NCBI GenBank assembly: GCA_030867685.1
Contig: JAQOWU010000003.1
Span: forward strand, 1,302,001 to 1,366,000
Length of the DNA stretch: 64,000 nt
Reading direction: 5' to 3'
Origin: Wickerhamiella versatilis
Lineage: Eukaryota
The notes below the pieces were generated by a model. That model did no database searches and was not told the origin of the DNA. It saw nothing but the letters and a program-made list of their open reading frames with translations. This document shows, in pieces, positions 51,316-62,608 of this stretch (positions are counted from its first letter, which is position 1; each line of letters starts with the position of its first letter). A program made the translations under genes and the position numbers.

Positions 51316-53799
51316 ATGATATTTACTGGTCGAGCTCGTCGAGGCCGCCCAATAAACTTGAGTGGCAAACAGCAACTGAGCAGGGATGATGTTCTGCGAA
51401 GAGCTGAAGCTCAGCGTAAGGAAAGGGAGACAGTACGTCGTGAGCAACATGCTTGCAGGGTAATTCAAATTAGGTGGCGCTCCTTGCAAGCAGTCCGGAG
51501 TGCCAGGCGTGAAATTCTAACTGTATTTCTTCAAGACCCCACAGCTGTACCTCCGGAATATTTTGTTCCTGTGCTACCCTGGGCACCAGAATCCCTGGCA
51601 ATTCAGTCGTTGAAACTCATACATGGTGGTTCTTCCAGATTGTGTTCTCGACTTGTCAACTTATGCTTAGCTTGTGATGGACATCTGCGCACTGTGTGTT
51701 TGGAGGTAATCGCTCAATGTGATACTCATCCAAGTGTAGCACTATTGGTTGGTCTACCAGACTCAGAACCTTTACATGTAGCGCTCAGGAAGTGCGCCAC
51801 CGTTTATCCTAGAGAATTTATACAAGGGCTCTTGCATTCATCCAAAGAAGTGCCCTTTAGTGTTCTGGAGCCTCTTAAGGATGCACCACTTTTCAATATT
51901 GATGGATTGGACGTAATACCACTTGCAGCCCGATTAGCCCCTTATCCTCAATTCTCTCGCGTTGTTGCTTCATTAATTGCATCTCTAAGTTTCATTCGAG
52001 AGGTGAGTGCTAATGAGAGGCAGGCCCTCTCACCATGTGTATCAAAAGAAAGCATATACCAAGTCTGTGGTCATGAATTAGATATGCAAATTATCGCCAG
52101 TTATTTCCTTAACCTCTTCCAGATTCTGCCAGAGCATAAACCAGAGATTCTTTTGCACTTATCTTTTGCCGTTCGTTCCCCACCTATGGCTGTTAGAGCA
52201 TGGCATAGTTATATTTCCCATGGTGGAGAGTCCCTCAGTCTAGCTGTCGAGCTTTGGTCTTGGTGGTTACCAGTAACCCCAGATTCAGAGATTTTTAAGA
52301 GTGAGCGCTTAGGTTTCACCCCTCAGATGTTCGAGAACGTAGCTGAGGAGCTTCGAGACATGTGTTTTGAATATCTTTGGTCGGGTACCACTACACATAC
52401 CCGCGCTCCTTTTAATTCTACATTTCTCAATTTTCTAAGACAAATTTATATTCGGGATGCTCGTCGGAAACTATTCTCTGATGGATTTTGGCTTATGGAG
52501 CATCATATGGCAACCAATTGGGATAAAGTTGCTGAAGAACAATGGTGGATACCATCATACGATGAGGAATATGAGCATTCTACGTCGGCACCGGTTCGAA
52601 TTCTACAAAAGGCGCCGTTTTTCGTGCAATTCAGCAACCGTGTCGGACTCCTCTATCGACTAATTGATCGCGACAGACAACAAACAAGTTTGTCTTCATT
52701 ATGGGGACCTCGTGTTCATCATGATATAAATAGAGAGACACTGGTGGATGATGCAGAAACTGTATTCGCAGAACTAGGGCCACGTATCAAAGATGATCTT
52801 GCTGTAAGACTAGTATCAAATGGGGTGCCCGAGGCTGGCATTGATGGCGGAGGTTTGACGAAGGAAGTTTTGACAGCGATAGCTGCTGAAGCTTTCACTC
52901 CTCAGTCGCCATACTGGTGCGAGACGCCCAGTCATACTCTGATCCCAAACCCAATATGGAGCGAGCGGCCCTGGCCTAACGGGATTGAAGCTGCACGAGC
53001 AAAATACCGATTTCTCGGTCAAGTTGTTGGGAAATGCTTGTATGAAAATCTCTTAATAGATGTTGAATTCTCTTATGTGTTCCTGATGAAATGGGCTGGT
53101 GCGTCAGCCACGCGAGCTTCTTTTGACGACCTTTATCTACTGGACTTGGACCTATATAACTCACTTGTCAGTTTATTACATCTCAGTCCAAGTGATATTG
53201 AAGCATTGGACTTGGATTTCACTATTCAAGGCCCAGGTTCTACTGTGGTGGAGCTCAAACCTCATGGGGCACAAGTACAATTGACGGATTCCAATAAACT
53301 CGAGTATGCCAGATGTGTTGCAAACTATAAATTGAACAATGAAATGGGCCCGCAGACTAATTGGTTTTTGCAGGGCTTCGGAGAAATCATTAACTTAGCA
53401 TGGCTGCAGATGTTCAACGGATCAGAAATTCAAATGCTTATCAGTGGGGGTCATCAAGACATTGATATTGAAGACTTGAGAGCACATGCTGAGTTTAGTG
53501 GATGGGCATTTGATTCCCCAACGTTAGAGAATTTGTGGCATGTGCTTCATGAGTTTAATTCTGACCAAAGAAAGGCATTTCTCAAGTTTGTTACCTCAGT
53601 GCCAAGAGGTCCTCTTTTGGGGTTTAAGCATCTTACTCCACGTTTTGGAATTCGCTGTGCAGGTCGTAGCGATGAACGACTTCCAACATCCTCAACTTGT
53701 GTGAATTTACTAAAGATACCCGAATATAGTTCGAAGGAGATACTTCGTAATAAGCTTCTGTACTCCATTGAATCAGGAGCTGGATTCGACCTCAGTTGA
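51316..53799 (+). CDS. HUL5: HECT E3 ubiquitin ligase (UBE3C/Hul5-like)
   Basis: N-terminal FTG..R..INL and IQ motif, EAGIDGGGLTKE, LKFVTS.PR.PLLGF, RLPTSSTCVNLLK, GAGFDLS. Confidence 0.92.
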   Translation: MIFTGRARRGRPINLSGKQQLSRDDVLRRAEAQRKERETVRREQHACRVIQIRWRSLQAVRSARREILTVFLQDPTAVPPEYFVPVLPWAPESLAIQSLKLIHGGSSRLCSRLVNLCLACDGHLRTVCLEVIAQCDTHPSVALLVGLPDSEPLHVALRKCATVYPREFIQGLLHSSKEVPFSVLEPLKDAPLFNIDGLDVIPLAARLAPYPQFSRVVASLIASLSFIREVSANERQALSPCVSKESIYQVCGHELDMQIIASYFLNLFQILPEHKPEILLHLSFAVRSPPMAVRAWHSYISHGGESLSLAVELWSWWLPVTPDSEIFKSERLGFTPQMFENVAEELRDMCFEYLWSGTTTHTRAPFNSTFLNFLRQIYIRDARRKLFSDGFWLMEHHMATNWDKVAEEQWWIPSYDEEYEHSTSAPVRILQKAPFFVQFSNRVGLLYRLIDRDRQQTSLSSLWGPRVHHDINRETLVDDAETVFAELGPRIKDDLAVRLVSNGVPEAGIDGGGLTKEVLTAIAAEAFTPQSPYWCETPSHTLIPNPIWSERPWPNGIEAARAKYRFLGQVVGKCLYENLLIDVEFSYVFLMKWAGASATRASFDDLYLLDLDLYNSLVSLLHLSPSDIEALDLDFTIQGPGSTVVELKPHGAQVQLTDSNKLEYARCVANYKLNNEMGPQTNWFLQGFGEIINLAWLQMFNGSEIQMLISGGHQDIDIEDLRAHAEFSGWAFDSPTLENLWHVLHEFNSDQRKAFLKFVTSVPRGPLLGFKHLTPRFGIRCAGRSDERLPTSSTCVNLLKIPEYSSKEILRNKLLYSIESGAGFDLS

Positions 53800-53948
53800 A
53801 TTCTAAAGCATAAATGCCTAAATTTAAAGTCTAAATTTTGCTCTATGTTGCCAGAGTTTGATATATATTCACCCTAAACCTCCTAGTGAGGACTAAGCCA
53901 GCAGCGCCTGAAAAACCATTTATCTTAGGTTATTCAATCTTTGATCTG

Positions 53949-55088
53949 ATGGCTATGAGTTTAGCTCGAAGAATAGTGTCTTCAGCTCAATCAATAGAAC
54001 CTCAAAATAATGAGACACAAAATCATTCAACTTCTCACGGTAAGCATAGGCAGTCACCTCTCCAATCCACACTGCCTCCAGTGGTCCAACCCCAAACGGA
54101 CCTAATTAAACAGGTAAATGACGGCTATGGTGTGGATATAGGTCCCTTTATTCTGCATGAAGAGCCAAAACTGATCTGCTGTAGTAAATGTGATAGTCGG
54201 TCAAATCCTCTTCGAATATCAGATCTTAAGCAACACGTCAAACAATTCCATTCTGTGAATGGCACTCCCAAAAAAGAATTTGAAGATGCGCGAATCCAAC
54301 TTGTGATGAAGATAGGCAATAGCGAAGAATATCAAACAATTCCCACAATACAGGGTCCGATTCGGGCACTAAGAGGTTTGAGAATCAATGCAGAAGGAGT
54401 AAAATGTGGTGGATGTTCCTGGGCCCGCTCCCGTTCTAGTTTGGTTCGTGTACAGCAGCACGCCCGGTCAGCTCATGATCGTCCTTATGAGGTAGTTGAG
54501 AATGTCAAGGTGCAGGTCGGAAAGAGAGGCGAGCACGGGTCATTTCTTGTTTATGAAACGTATCCAGAACTACAAAAGTTGCTAGAAAAAAGGCCTGCTA
54601 TGCCAATGGCTGAGTCTCATCGTGATGCACGTCAGCCAGATCCCGAATCTACTTTGGTCAGTAGTGAGGAGGAGTATGGAGCATCAGTAAGTCCACACAG
54701 CTCCCTTTCTTCTCCAAAATCTAAAAAACGCCGAAAGGGGCTGAACTATAAGCCAATCAGTGAATTAGCTAGATCTGTCCTATCCAGCGGGAGTGTGCCA
54801 GAGACGCAAATGACACTTGAAAAGCAGAAATTACTGCGAGTTTATGCAGATACATTAAGCGAGACCGCCAAGTTACTCGATATTCCGGCAACAGAACACC
54901 ATCGGTGCTTTGTTCGCTCAATGTGTGCATTGGTAGTTCAAGAGGCAGCCTGGCAGCTTCAAGATACCAGAATGGCCCCCTTCATGGCTTCTGCTGCCCG
55001 AAGTATCACTGCTGACCCAGGTTTGTTCGAAACACTAGTATTAGGTGTTGTTGATGTCCTACAGAATCCAAATGAATTTGGTCCCTAG
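53949..55088 (+). CDS. Zinc-finger protein with DUF3505-like domain
   Basis: LICCSKC...HVKQFH ... GPIRALRGLRI..EGVKCGGCSW...QQHARSAH...VKVQ resembles the DUF3505 layout; NLS-like KKRRK. Confidence 0.5.
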   Translation: MAMSLARRIVSSAQSIEPQNNETQNHSTSHGKHRQSPLQSTLPPVVQPQTDLIKQVNDGYGVDIGPFILHEEPKLICCSKCDSRSNPLRISDLKQHVKQFHSVNGTPKKEFEDARIQLVMKIGNSEEYQTIPTIQGPIRALRGLRINAEGVKCGGCSWARSRSSLVRVQQHARSAHDRPYEVVENVKVQVGKRGEHGSFLVYETYPELQKLLEKRPAMPMAESHRDARQPDPESTLVSSEEEYGASVSPHSSLSSPKSKKRRKGLNYKPISELARSVLSSGSVPETQMTLEKQKLLRVYADTLSETAKLLDIPATEHHRCFVRSMCALVVQEAAWQLQDTRMAPFMASAARSITADPGLFETLVLGVVDVLQNPNEFGP

Positions 55089-55225
55089 TTCGTTTGCATA
55101 TATTTGCCTCTTAATGTGAGAAATATACATCTAATTCAGAATGATAATTACAGGTTTTTTAATGATGGAAAGCAGGACTCAAGGTCGCAAAACTGTGTCG
55201 TCGTATCCCCACGCTTTTTTTTGCT

Positions 55226-55984
55226 ATGGAAAATAGCGAAGAACTGTTTGAGAAAAGAAATACTGATCTGGAATTGAGAAATGCACAAAGCTTAGCTGAT
55301 CGACTCCGAACACGACTAGCTGATGCTTATCGTGAGCTAGACATGCAGGGCCCCAAATTGCGGCAGTTGGCGCGGACTGTGGAGCAAGCACAGGCTTCAA
55401 ATCTTAAGAAAGATGCACAAATACGTAGTCTCCAAGGTGATGTCCGCGAGTGCAGTGCCCGTGTTTCGCGTATGGAAATGCGCGCAAAAAAGATGGAGAC
55501 TGCACTATCTACAGCCCGCTCAAAATATGGCAGCGAGCTGCGCAAACGTGATGTCCAAGAGGAGAAACTTCTACGTGAATTGCGCCGAGTTCAGGCGTCC
55601 CCGTCGGTACCAGCACCCAAAATTCCCACCATGATGTTCCAATCACATGAAGAACGAGCCCTGGTGGTCTTTGATAACGAGCAAAAGAGGCTTGCACAAG
55701 AATTAGAGCGCCGTTTGGAGTCTCTATGCCATAGATTCAATGCAGCAGAATTCTCAGGTCCACCTATAGATCGGTTGGAGAAGGCTATCGTTGCGATGGA
55801 GCAGCGTCACGCAGTTCAACTTCAGCAAGAAATTGAGCGCAGCGAGGGGCTCCAGAAAAAATTGTGGCAGATGAAAGAGGAGCTGGATGAGAAGACCGCA
55901 CTTTGCAAGCGGGACGTTGAGACTTTGGAAAAATGGAGTCAATATGTACGTGATAAAGATCTTCTTCAAGTCGCGGGGATTTGA
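55226..55984 (+). CDS. Coiled-coil protein, possibly ADIP/Msd1 (SSX2IP)-like
   Basis: Heptad-rich throughout; YGSELRKRDVQEEKL resembles the ADIP domain end. Confidence 0.5.
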   Translation: MENSEELFEKRNTDLELRNAQSLADRLRTRLADAYRELDMQGPKLRQLARTVEQAQASNLKKDAQIRSLQGDVRECSARVSRMEMRAKKMETALSTARSKYGSELRKRDVQEEKLLRELRRVQASPSVPAPKIPTMMFQSHEERALVVFDNEQKRLAQELERRLESLCHRFNAAEFSGPPIDRLEKAIVAMEQRHAVQLQQEIERSEGLQKKLWQMKEELDEKTALCKRDVETLEKWSQYVRDKDLLQVAGI

Positions 55985-56125
55985 ACGCGATGAATTATAT
56001 ATACAAAATGTTTATTTATTCAATATCCTCCATTTTGAGGAGGTTAGCTATTTGTTTCATCACCTTAGATAGCAATATCTATATAAACCACCATCACGTA
56101 ATACCTCTTTCATCGTATTGACAAC

Positions 56126-56995
56126 ATGCCAGTACCTACGTTCAAGCTCAATACCGGAGTTAGTATTCCTGCTATTGGATTTGGTACCTATAAGTGTAAG
56201 GAAGGGGATGGTCAGAAGGCTATATTGGAAGCTGTTAAAGCCGGATATAGATCATTTGATACCGCTACGATATACGGAAATGAGGAAGAGGTGGGATCTG
56301 CCTTGAAGCAGAGCGGCCTGCCAAGATCAGAATTCTTTATTACGACAAAAGTGTGGATGACTCGCAGTCACGACCCCGAAGCCTCGCTGGATGAGAGCTT
56401 GAAACGACTGGGAACTGACTACGTTGACCTATTCTTGATCCATTGGCCTATAACGCAGTTTCCTGATGGGAAACTTGATCCCAACATAAATTACATTGAT
56501 TTCTGGAAGGCCATGGAGGCAATCCCCAAAACTAAGGCGCGGGCCATAGGTGTTTCCAACTTCACGGTTAACAAGCTTAAGAAGCTTCTAGAGACCGCGA
56601 AAGTTGTACCTGCGGTGGATCAATGTGAGCTTCACCCTCGATTGCAGCAACAAAAGCTCGTGGATTTCTGTCATGAGCATGGGATCCTTCCTGAAGCCTT
56701 CGCCCCCTTGGGTCACGGTAAACTAGCTCAAACTGGCGTTGACGAGGTTGCAAAGAAACATGGTGCTGACATGGGCCAGATAGCGATTTCTTGGAATGTG
56801 CAGCGTGGGGTTGGAGTGATTCCCAAGACTTCCACGCCCTCCAGAATGAAGACCAATCAAGAGCTTGTCCATCTCGACAGCGATGACTTGGAAAAGATTA
56901 AGGAGCTTGGTAAGAATCCAATGCGAACATGCCCGCCCAATCCAAGTTGGGAAGGTGGTGAAGATGTATTTGAAAATGATGTAGATGTAAAATAG
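56126..56995 (+). CDS. Aldo-keto reductase (Gcy1/Ypr1-like)
   Basis: IPAIGFGT, GYRSFDTATIYGNE, ITTKVW, DYVDLFLIHWP, IGVSNF, VIPKTS. Confidence 0.93.
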   Translation: MPVPTFKLNTGVSIPAIGFGTYKCKEGDGQKAILEAVKAGYRSFDTATIYGNEEEVGSALKQSGLPRSEFFITTKVWMTRSHDPEASLDESLKRLGTDYVDLFLIHWPITQFPDGKLDPNINYIDFWKAMEAIPKTKARAIGVSNFTVNKLKKLLETAKVVPAVDQCELHPRLQQQKLVDFCHEHGILPEAFAPLGHGKLAQTGVDEVAKKHGADMGQIAISWNVQRGVGVIPKTSTPSRMKTNQELVHLDSDDLEKIKELGKNPMRTCPPNPSWEGGEDVFENDVDVK

Positions 56996-57060
56996 GTCTA
57001 TGTAGCCTTTGAGCCTGTGATTTTCCACTAAAACTCGGACCCTTAGTAATATCTTCAAAA

Positions 57061-57336
57061 ATGTCATTCCTTGGTTTGGGCGGAAAACAGGCCGTGAACG
57101 CCGACAAGTTGAAGCTTGAGGCTGCAGAAACTGAACTTGACACAGTTGCTGACCTCTTCAATAGGCTTATAGACTCGTGCCACCGCAAGTGCATCAGCGG
57201 ATACAGCGATGGCGAACTTACCGCGAAAGAGGGTCTGTGTAACGATCGTTGTGTTTCGAAGTATTTCGAGGTAAATGCTAAAATTGGTGAGCAGATGCAA
57301 CAGCAAGGGCAACAGTTTATGGCCCAAAGACGTTAA
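57061..57336 (+). CDS. TIM10: Mitochondrial small TIM chaperone
   Basis: AAETELD...FNRL..SCHRKC...GEL...E..CNDRCVSKYFE (twin CX3C). Confidence 0.93.
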   Translation: MSFLGLGGKQAVNADKLKLEAAETELDTVADLFNRLIDSCHRKCISGYSDGELTAKEGLCNDRCVSKYFEVNAKIGEQMQQQGQQFMAQRR

Positions 57337-57961
57337 GCAAGCGCATCTTGACCCCTTCCCATGAATTTAGTTTTGGGCGGGCATCTAAATAGAAACTAGG
57401 TCTTTCCGGATGTCTTTGATCTGGAGTGCCGGTATAAAAGTCTATGATATAATCCACACGCGTTCCGCAGCGGTCGATCACCCAGTCGTGGCGGTCAAAT
57501 GGTCGGGTGTCACCGAGTAGCATGTTCCAGCGGGCTTTGGGGCTCAGCTTCGAGGAATCCCCGCTGAAACTCACAAGTTTGGGCCCTCCACATGCGATCC
57601 CTTTACCCTTCTCCCATTTTAAAATCTCTGACCAGGCCTTCTCGTTAACAGCATTATGAATCGGAATGATTGTGGCCATGTCACGCGCTTCCGGACTATA
57701 GTTTTTTCGTAGCATAGCACTGTAAAACTGTTGTTGGGATGGATATATCCAATTACCATCTTTTCCAGCTCTTGGTATTGAGGAGACCTCCCGTTGACTA
57801 GAAAGTTGCTGAGGTATATTATTTAGTGGTGGTAGGCCCTCTCCACCATTTCCATGATCTAACCACTTCTTAACTGCCTCGGGATCATTATGGTCCACAG
57901 GGCACTCTAAAGCGTTCTCTTTAGAATCAACTTGAGAATGGTCAACCGGGCACCCGGCCAT
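57317..57961 (-). CDS. CYT2: Cytochrome c1 heme lyase (holocytochrome synthase)
   Basis: CPVDH heme-regulatory motifs, WIYPSQQQFYSAMLRK, IHNAVNEKAW, CGGPKL.SF.GDS.KL, PFDRHDW; closer to Cyt2 than Cyc3. Confidence 0.82.
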   Translation of the reverse strand: MAGCPVDHSQVDSKENALECPVDHNDPEAVKKWLDHGNGGEGLPPLNNIPQQLSSQREVSSIPRAGKDGNWIYPSQQQFYSAMLRKNYSPEARDMATIIPIHNAVNEKAWSEILKWEKGKGIACGGPKLVSFSGDSSKLSPKARWNMLLGDTRPFDRHDWVIDRCGTRVDYIIDFYTGTPDQRHPERPSFYLDARPKLNSWEGVKMRLLNVFGP

Positions 57962-58790
57962 GTGGATTCGATTAGTCACCTTCTGGAATGACCCACAGTA
58001 CTGTAAAAGCAGAACACCTCTCGCTTTTTGCGGTTAAAAGTAGTTAGCATTGATTTTTGGTGTGTGTTTTTTCCCAATCTATTTAACCGAGGTTGTGCAC
58101 TAATTCTCCCTTAATTGTGGCAGTATGACTTACAGGGATCTTGTAATCCCGACCAGGATCAAAAAAGATAGAGTCTACAATGATCATAATTTCACTTCAG
58201 TTCTGACACCATGGTATATATTGCATCATTTATACAACGACCTTTTAAAATCCTTTTTTTTCTGGTTAAAATGCCCTTTTTCGAGGAGCTACACGCTGGG
58301 ACTCAACCCTATCCCATGTAGAGTAAATCATTGGGTCCACATACATATTTATTGTTGAGATATTTGCGGAGCATGTTCCTAAATTAACCTTATCAGCCCC
58401 TTTACCCTACTGTCTGAAACAGCTTAACTGGCCAAGGAGCTAGCTCAGTTCTTCAAGATCGATACCCTCCACTTCATAAAACACCATACCACTATAGGGT
58501 CCACATTCAAGATTGGTCGGATTTTGGTGAAATATGACACTTGCGCTTCTTTAAAAACATCCCTACTTATGCTTTTTTCTCTCATCTTTAAAACGGTTTT
58601 AATAGCGAGTCTGAAAACCCACTTTACTACTATATTGTATTGATTTTATTTCCATCGTCGCTGAATTGCTTTTCATCTATCCTTACCTTCTTACTGAAAA
58701 GGATTAGCTTTTTACTATATTCGGTAATCTCCAAGCAACTTTTGCGCGCGCATTCGTGGACCATCAGGTAATTTCCACATTAAGTAAAGT

Positions 58791-58899
58791 ACCCTGAACC
58801 CTGGCCACTTGCAGTACTCGTCCCACAGAAAGGCATAAATAGCGTCCAATCGCTCCCAATTCTCCATTCTTCTTACACCCACCCAGCACCAGGATCACT
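58791..58899 (+). promoter_or_regulatory. Second copy of the orphan-family core promoter
   Basis: Ordered blocks shared with 31819-31923; CATAAATA at 58834-58841. Confidence 0.6.
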
Positions 58900-60814
58900 T
58901 CGCGCTTCCACACAATCGAGATGCCTTATCATCTTGCGCTACCCAGGTATGACCTGCCGAGGGCCAGGACCACATGATCCCACTCTCAAGTGATAGTATC
59001 ATATTTATAGCGGACTGCTTCCCGTTCTCACTCCTGCTTCGAAATTAAGGCTCTTCATTTGTTGAATGCTGGCTCATACAGTACTAACTTAATGTTGTTT
59101 GAGCGAGCAATTCTAATAGACACCTCTCCGCAGCTCCCAACAACGGATGGGACAAAATTCACCGTCTACCATTATTGAAGAGATGAAGCGAGAAGCCAAA
59201 GCCAGGAGCAAAAAGCTGGGTGTCATGGGCCCACAAAACGAAACACCCAAACTGGATTCGCTTAAATCCGCGCGCGTATCTCTCTTCCATTGGCTATACT
59301 CCACTATTCTACCGTCTACCCCTGTATTACTGATACTTATACTTCAGTATTGATACAAATCAAAAATTAACGCAAACAATCCTTTGAATACTTCTGACTA
59401 CTGCCTGATTCGTATCATATGTTCTTCACAAGATGAGGCGTAAGTCTTCGCTCAATGCGTATTCCTGCTTCGTGTTGCGTTCCACAAACACCAATGAATC
59501 AAAATTCATAGCAAAATGATCCGAACAAATATCGAAAAATGCAAACGATACGGAATAAATCAAAACAAAAAGGAAAATCTCAGTATCACCTGAGTATCTG
59601 ACTTCTTGACGACAACATCCGACACAGACATACCATTCTTACTGAGGACTACTGTCTATACCAAACAAAAATTGCTCGATATCATCTCAAGGTCCTCCCT
59701 GAGGCTCTTGAGTTTGGTCAGCGGGTATTTTGTTTTGGTATTCACGGAGCTTTCCTCTCTCGTGTGCCTAATTTGGGTATAGTGCAAACTCAGATACCTC
59801 TCAAATGATGCAAGAGAACAATCAGACAGAAACATGTCCAATATCGGTCAGATACATCCGAAATCTGTTGTATCTCCTCACTCCGACAACGGTGGAAAGC
59901 CATCCACAAAGAAATCCTAAATCGCCAGTATCCGGAAACAATATATGTGATCCTTTTACTGGTTTCAGGGGTTCTTTGACCGGATGGCAGGATACTTTTT
60001 GTCAACTGCTTTAGCAGAGTAGAGGTTTCACTCAGATCTTGGATACACACAAGCGAATCAAAACTTCAAAAATATCAATTGGATATCTTCGGTTCATTGC
60101 CGACTCAAGTCCATTCTGAACATTGTGCAGAGAAGACACATTGATATTAAGAGATTCTGACAATATGAAGAAAACATTGCTCAAAGCACTCTCAAAGTTT
60201 CCTGTAAACTCTTGAATTGGGCTAAAGGGTCAATTTTTTTTTCTATTAGCAGATTTTCCGTTTATCTTTTGCCTTCTTTGGCTGTAGCAACGAACCAAGC
60301 ATATCCCAAATGGAATTCTCCTCAAAAAACAAGAAAGAGATACGTCTATTGTTTGCCAAGTATATCTGAATCTGCTGCATCTCCTCACTCCGACAAATGG
60401 TGGAAAGCCATCCACAAAGAAATCCTATCGCCAGTATCCGGAAACAATACATGTGATCCTTTTGCTGGTTCAGGTTTTCTTTGACCGGGCGGCAAGATAC
60501 CTTTTGTCGACTGCTTCAGCAGAGTAGAGGTCTCGCTCAGATTTTGGATACACACAGGAATTTGGCTGTCTCACACTGGTATTCAAAAAATGTCAATTGA
60601 ATATGTCTGGTTGCCGAAACGTCAGACCCACTCGACGGAGGTATATGCATGTATACTGAGAGTTACTGGCCATATGGAGACAAAATCACTCGATATCTTC
60701 TCAAAGCTTTCCATAAAGCGTCTGAGTTTGATAAAAAGATTGAATTTTGTATCTCCATTTACAGGAATCTCTTTTATCCTTTGCCTTCTTTGGTTGTGAC
60801 GGCAAAGACATCAC

Positions 60815-61365
60815 CTTGCATCAAAAGAATATCAACTAAAACAATCAAAAAAAGTCAACCAAGAACAAGCAAAATAATTTCAATCAAAATCATTTCAATC
60901 AAATACAAAAAAAAATCAACCAAGAACAATCATTTCAATCAAAAACAACAAAAAGATATCAATCAAGAACAATCAAAATCATTTCAATCAAAAACAAAAA
61001 AAACATCAATCAAGAACAATCCAAAAAATATCAACCAAGAACAATCAAAATCATCTCAATCAAAAACAAAAAAAAGTCAATCAATCAAAAACAATAAAAA
61101 GATCTCAATCAAGAACAATCAAAAAAAATATCAATCAAATACAAAAAAAGATCAACCAAGAACAATTATTTCAATCAAAAACAAAAAAAAAGTCAATCAA
61201 GAGGAACCAAAAAAATATCAACCAAGAACAATCAAAATCATCTCAATCAAAAACAAAAAAAATGTCAACCAAGAACAATTAATTAAAAAAAAATCAAAAT
61301 CATTTCCATCAAAAAAAATCACAATCAAAAGCAATCAAAAAAATGTCAAACAAAACAATCCAACC
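60815..61365. repeat. A/C-rich degenerate minisatellite (CAAGAACAATCAAAA / ATCATTTCAATCAAAAAC units)
   Basis: Seen directly; very little G on the + strand. Confidence 0.9.
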
Positions 61366-62279
61366 AGTCTCCTCACTTCGACAACGGTAGAAAGCCATCC
61401 ACAAAGAGATGCTATGTCGCCAGCATCTGGAAGCAATGCATGTGATCCTTTTGCTCAGGGATTCTTTGACCGGGCGGCTAGATACCTTTTGTCAACTGCT
61501 TTAGCAGATTAGAGGTTTCACTCATATTGGATACACACAAGGGAATCCATCAATCAAAAATATCAATTGGATATCTTTGGTTCATTGCTGACTCCAGTTC
61601 ATTCGGAACATTGTGCAGAGAAGGCACATTGATATTAAGGGATTCTGACAATATGAAGAAAAATCACTCGATATCTTCTCAAAGTTTTCCATCAAACTTT
61701 TGATCAAAAGGTTGAGTTTTATGTCTATATTCACAGGAATCTCTTTTATCATTTGCCTTCTTTGGTCGAAGCAACAAGCCAAGCATATCTCAAATGGTAT
61801 TCGCCCATCTATTGTATGACAAGCATATCTGAATCTGCTGTGTCCCCTTACTCCGACAAATGGTGGAAAGCCATCCACAAAGAAATCCTATCGCCAGTAT
61901 CTGGAAACAACATATATGATCCTTTTGCTGGTTTCAGGGTTTCTTTGACCGGGCGGCAGGATACCTTTTGTCAACTGCTTCAGCAGAGTAGAGGTTTCGC
62001 TCAGATTTTGGATACAGATATTTGGCTATCTCACACTGGTATTCAAAAAATGTCAATTGAATATGTCTGGTTGCCGAAAAGTCAGACCCACTCGACGGAG
62101 GTATACGCATGTATACTGAGAGTACTGGCCATATGGAGACAAAATCACTCGATATCTTCTCAAAGCTTTCCATAAAGCGTCTGAGTTTGATCAAAAGATT
62201 GAATTTTGTTTCTCCACAGGAATCTCTCTATCCTTTACCTTTTTTGGTTGTGGCGGCAAAGACACAGAAAAGCCATCAC

Positions 62280-62608
62280 CTTGCATCAAAAAATAAACAG
62301 AAACCAATCAAAATAATTTCCATCAAAACCCAAAAAAATGTCAATTAAAATCATTTCAATCAAAAAAAATCGACCAAGAACAATCATTTCAATCAAAAAC
62401 AAAAAAAGATATCAATCAAAAACAAAAAAAATATCAATCAAGAACAATCAAAAAAAATGTCAACCAAGAACAATCAAAAGAAAATGTCAACCAAGAACAA
62501 TCAATCAAAAAAAATCATAATCAAGAACGATCAAAATCATTTCAATCAAAAACAAAAAAACTGTCAATCAAGAACAATCAAAAAATGTCAAACAAAACAA
62601 TCCAATCA
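62280..62608. repeat. Second A/C-rich minisatellite tract
   Basis: Same units as 60815-61365, shorter. Confidence 0.9.

Noticed and set aside
58947-59119. Possible intron (GTATGA...TACTAAC...TAG) in the paralog
   Set aside because: The spliced product stops after ~30 codons and would delete the ECWLI block that matches the orphan.
60649-61512. 287-aa K/N/Q/S/I-rich ORF as an independent gene
   Set aside because: By-product of a G-poor minisatellite with few stop codons; the equivalent tract at 62280-62608 is broken into different frames.
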